Source of the DNA: a virus
Strand: one strand, 5' to 3'
Virus record (IMG/VR): IMGVR_UViG_3300037247_001689
Coordinates: 1-64,000 of that record
Length of the DNA: 64,000 nucleotides
Below are positions 62,573 to 64,000 of the stretch, piece after piece. Position 1 is the stretch's first letter, and each line of letters starts with the position of its first letter. A program made the position numbers and the translations under genes. The notes beneath the pieces are model-generated. The model did no database searches. It saw only the letters and a list, made by a program, of their open reading frames with translations, and was not told the origin of the DNA.

Positions 62573-63393
62573 TGGCTGATAAGTTAACAGCAGAAGAAGA
62601 AGCAAAGGCTAGAGAGCTTAAGCAAAAAACGAGTACGGAAAAGTCAAAACTGGATCAAATCGTTGATGGTGTTTCTGAAATGACAGACCTGTTAAAATCA
62701 CAGGCCGGTGAAAAAAAGCCTGACGAAGATCCAAAAAAAGATGATTTGGACATGGATTTAAGTGTTGAGGATATGGCTAAAGCGATTATGGCTTCTGAAG
62801 ATCCTAACAAAATGTTCAAAAGTTTGCTGGAGCATTGTGATGTTGGTCTTGAAAACATTTTGGATGAGAATCAAGAACGATATTACAGTGATGAAATGCT
62901 GAAATCGCTGGAAGATTCTACTGAAAAAACCGACTTAGTGTTAAATGGCGTTATTCAGGCTGGCAAGGCTGCAAATGAAAGATACGCGAAAGCGTATTCT
63001 GTGAACGCAAAGATAATGCTGAGTATGATGAAGTCTTTTGGCGGCATGGTCTCAGAAATGTCCGAAATGAAAAAATCAATGACCCCTCCCGTAGCAGCAG
63101 ATCCGGTCATTGAAAAAGAAATTGACACACCGTTAGGTGATGGAGCGGCAGTGCCTCCAAAATCACTTGATACTGATCTAAATGCAACAGGGGCGAAGTA
63201 CACAACGGATCAGATGACATCTGCATTGAAAAAATCTTTCCAAGATACGGATCCTGTAAAGTATCACACGTATACCAAGCAGCTGCGTAAACTTGGCGGT
63301 GATGCAGATTTATTTTATTCACATCTGGATGGATCTAACAGTCCATCAATCAGAGACGATGCATCAACGATGTTCATACATCTAATTAATTAA
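62572..63393 (+). CDS. scaffolding protein
   Basis: Acidic helical protein between protease and capsid, with repeated LLKS/MAKA/MFKS/MLKS/MMKS/MKKS/LKKS. Confidence 0.75.
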   Translation: MADKLTAEEEAKARELKQKTSTEKSKLDQIVDGVSEMTDLLKSQAGEKKPDEDPKKDDLDMDLSVEDMAKAIMASEDPNKMFKSLLEHCDVGLENILDENQERYYSDEMLKSLEDSTEKTDLVLNGVIQAGKAANERYAKAYSVNAKIMLSMMKSFGGMVSEMSEMKKSMTPPVAADPVIEKEIDTPLGDGAAVPPKSLDTDLNATGAKYTTDQMTSALKKSFQDTDPVKYHTYTKQLRKLGGDADLFYSHLDGSNSPSIRDDASTMFIHLIN

Positions 63394-63405
63394 AAAGAGG
63401 AAGAT

Positions 63406-64000
63406 ATGGCACCAACTCCACAAGTGCAAAAAACCCCTGATGTTGTTACCAGAGAAGAGTTTGAATTTCAAGCAAATCAGCTTAGTAGCTTAATGAAGGC
63501 TAATAAGCTACAGGGTAGTCAGATTGAGTTCATGAAACATTCTCATGAAATGCAAAAAGGGATGAAACCATCATTTATAATGCCAGAAACATCAAAAACA
63601 TTTGATGATATGTTGGCAGAGAGTGGCTTCACCAGTGAAGAATGGTTTAACGAAGTTTCAGAAAACCTTGCTCGTGAAAAAGGCGTTCAGGGTCCGGCAT
63701 TACATTCGATGCAAAAGTCCTTATCTGAATCAGCACGTTTAAAAACAGCTGAAAAGGACATGATGACTAATCATCCTGAGATATCAGCACAGCTTGCGAA
63801 ATCATGGGGAACACCTGAATATGAAAATGTGTTAAGCATGAACAAAGCAATTTTGGGTGATCCAGCAGATCCAAGCGCACCTGGTTCATGGTTTACATTT
63901 TTAGAAGAAAACCTTTCTCCTGACATTCAGCGTATTATCTTTGAGAGACAAGATGCAACCGCGATGATGAGCGTCCCGACTGCCATTACTACTTCAGTTA
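63406..64000 (+). CDS. major capsid protein, 5' part (truncated by window end)
   Basis: GAGG RBS; open to the end. MAPTPQ... leader with LMKA/MQKG/MQKS/LAKS/MNKA, then FLEENLSPDIQRIIF; follows protease and scaffold. Confidence 0.8.
   Translation, partial: MAPTPQVQKTPDVVTREEFEFQANQLSSLMKANKLQGSQIEFMKHSHEMQKGMKPSFIMPETSKTFDDMLAESGFTSEEWFNEVSENLAREKGVQGPALHSMQKSLSESARLKTAEKDMMTNHPEISAQLAKSWGTPEYENVLSMNKAILGDPADPSAPGSWFTFLEENLSPDIQRIIFERQDATAMMSVPTAITTSV

Noticed and set aside
31653-63322. Numerous short ORFs antisense to long genes
   Set aside because: Shadow ORFs overlapping well-supported CDSs.
1-64000. Stop-codon reassignment
   Set aside because: Long genes are intact in the standard code, TAA/TAG/TGA all terminate genes at normal junctions, and no suppressor tRNA is seen.

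Overview
AT-rich segment of a large tailed dsDNA phage (Caudoviricetes). The host is probably Gram-negative, judging by a predicted beta-barrel protein, a lipoprotein, an MltD-like transglycosylase, sigma70-type promoters and AGGAG RBSs. Packaging and head genes are scattered rather than clustered: TerS/TerL at 5.2-7.9 kb, portal at 29 kb, head morphogenesis protein at 40 kb, neck protein at 51 kb, and neck/protease/scaffold/major capsid at 61-64 kb (capsid truncated by the window end). Blocks of small accessory ORFs lie between them, several opened by a repeated promoter/operator cassette. Highlights: (1) a ~2 kb tRNA-linked array of back-to-back structured RNA domains at 20.1-22.1 kb, including a tRNA-like element with a closed anticodon arm; (2) three Lys-rich polyvalent proteins (InPase/HAD/LPD5/LPD1-like and JAB domains) sharing a putative capsid-targeting peptide just after a hydrophobic-x-K/[SAG] protease-type site; (3) several apparently catalytically dead homologues (terminase fragments, prohead protease-like, patatin) that may act as anti-defence decoys. 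All family assignments come from motif recognition by eye, not database searches.
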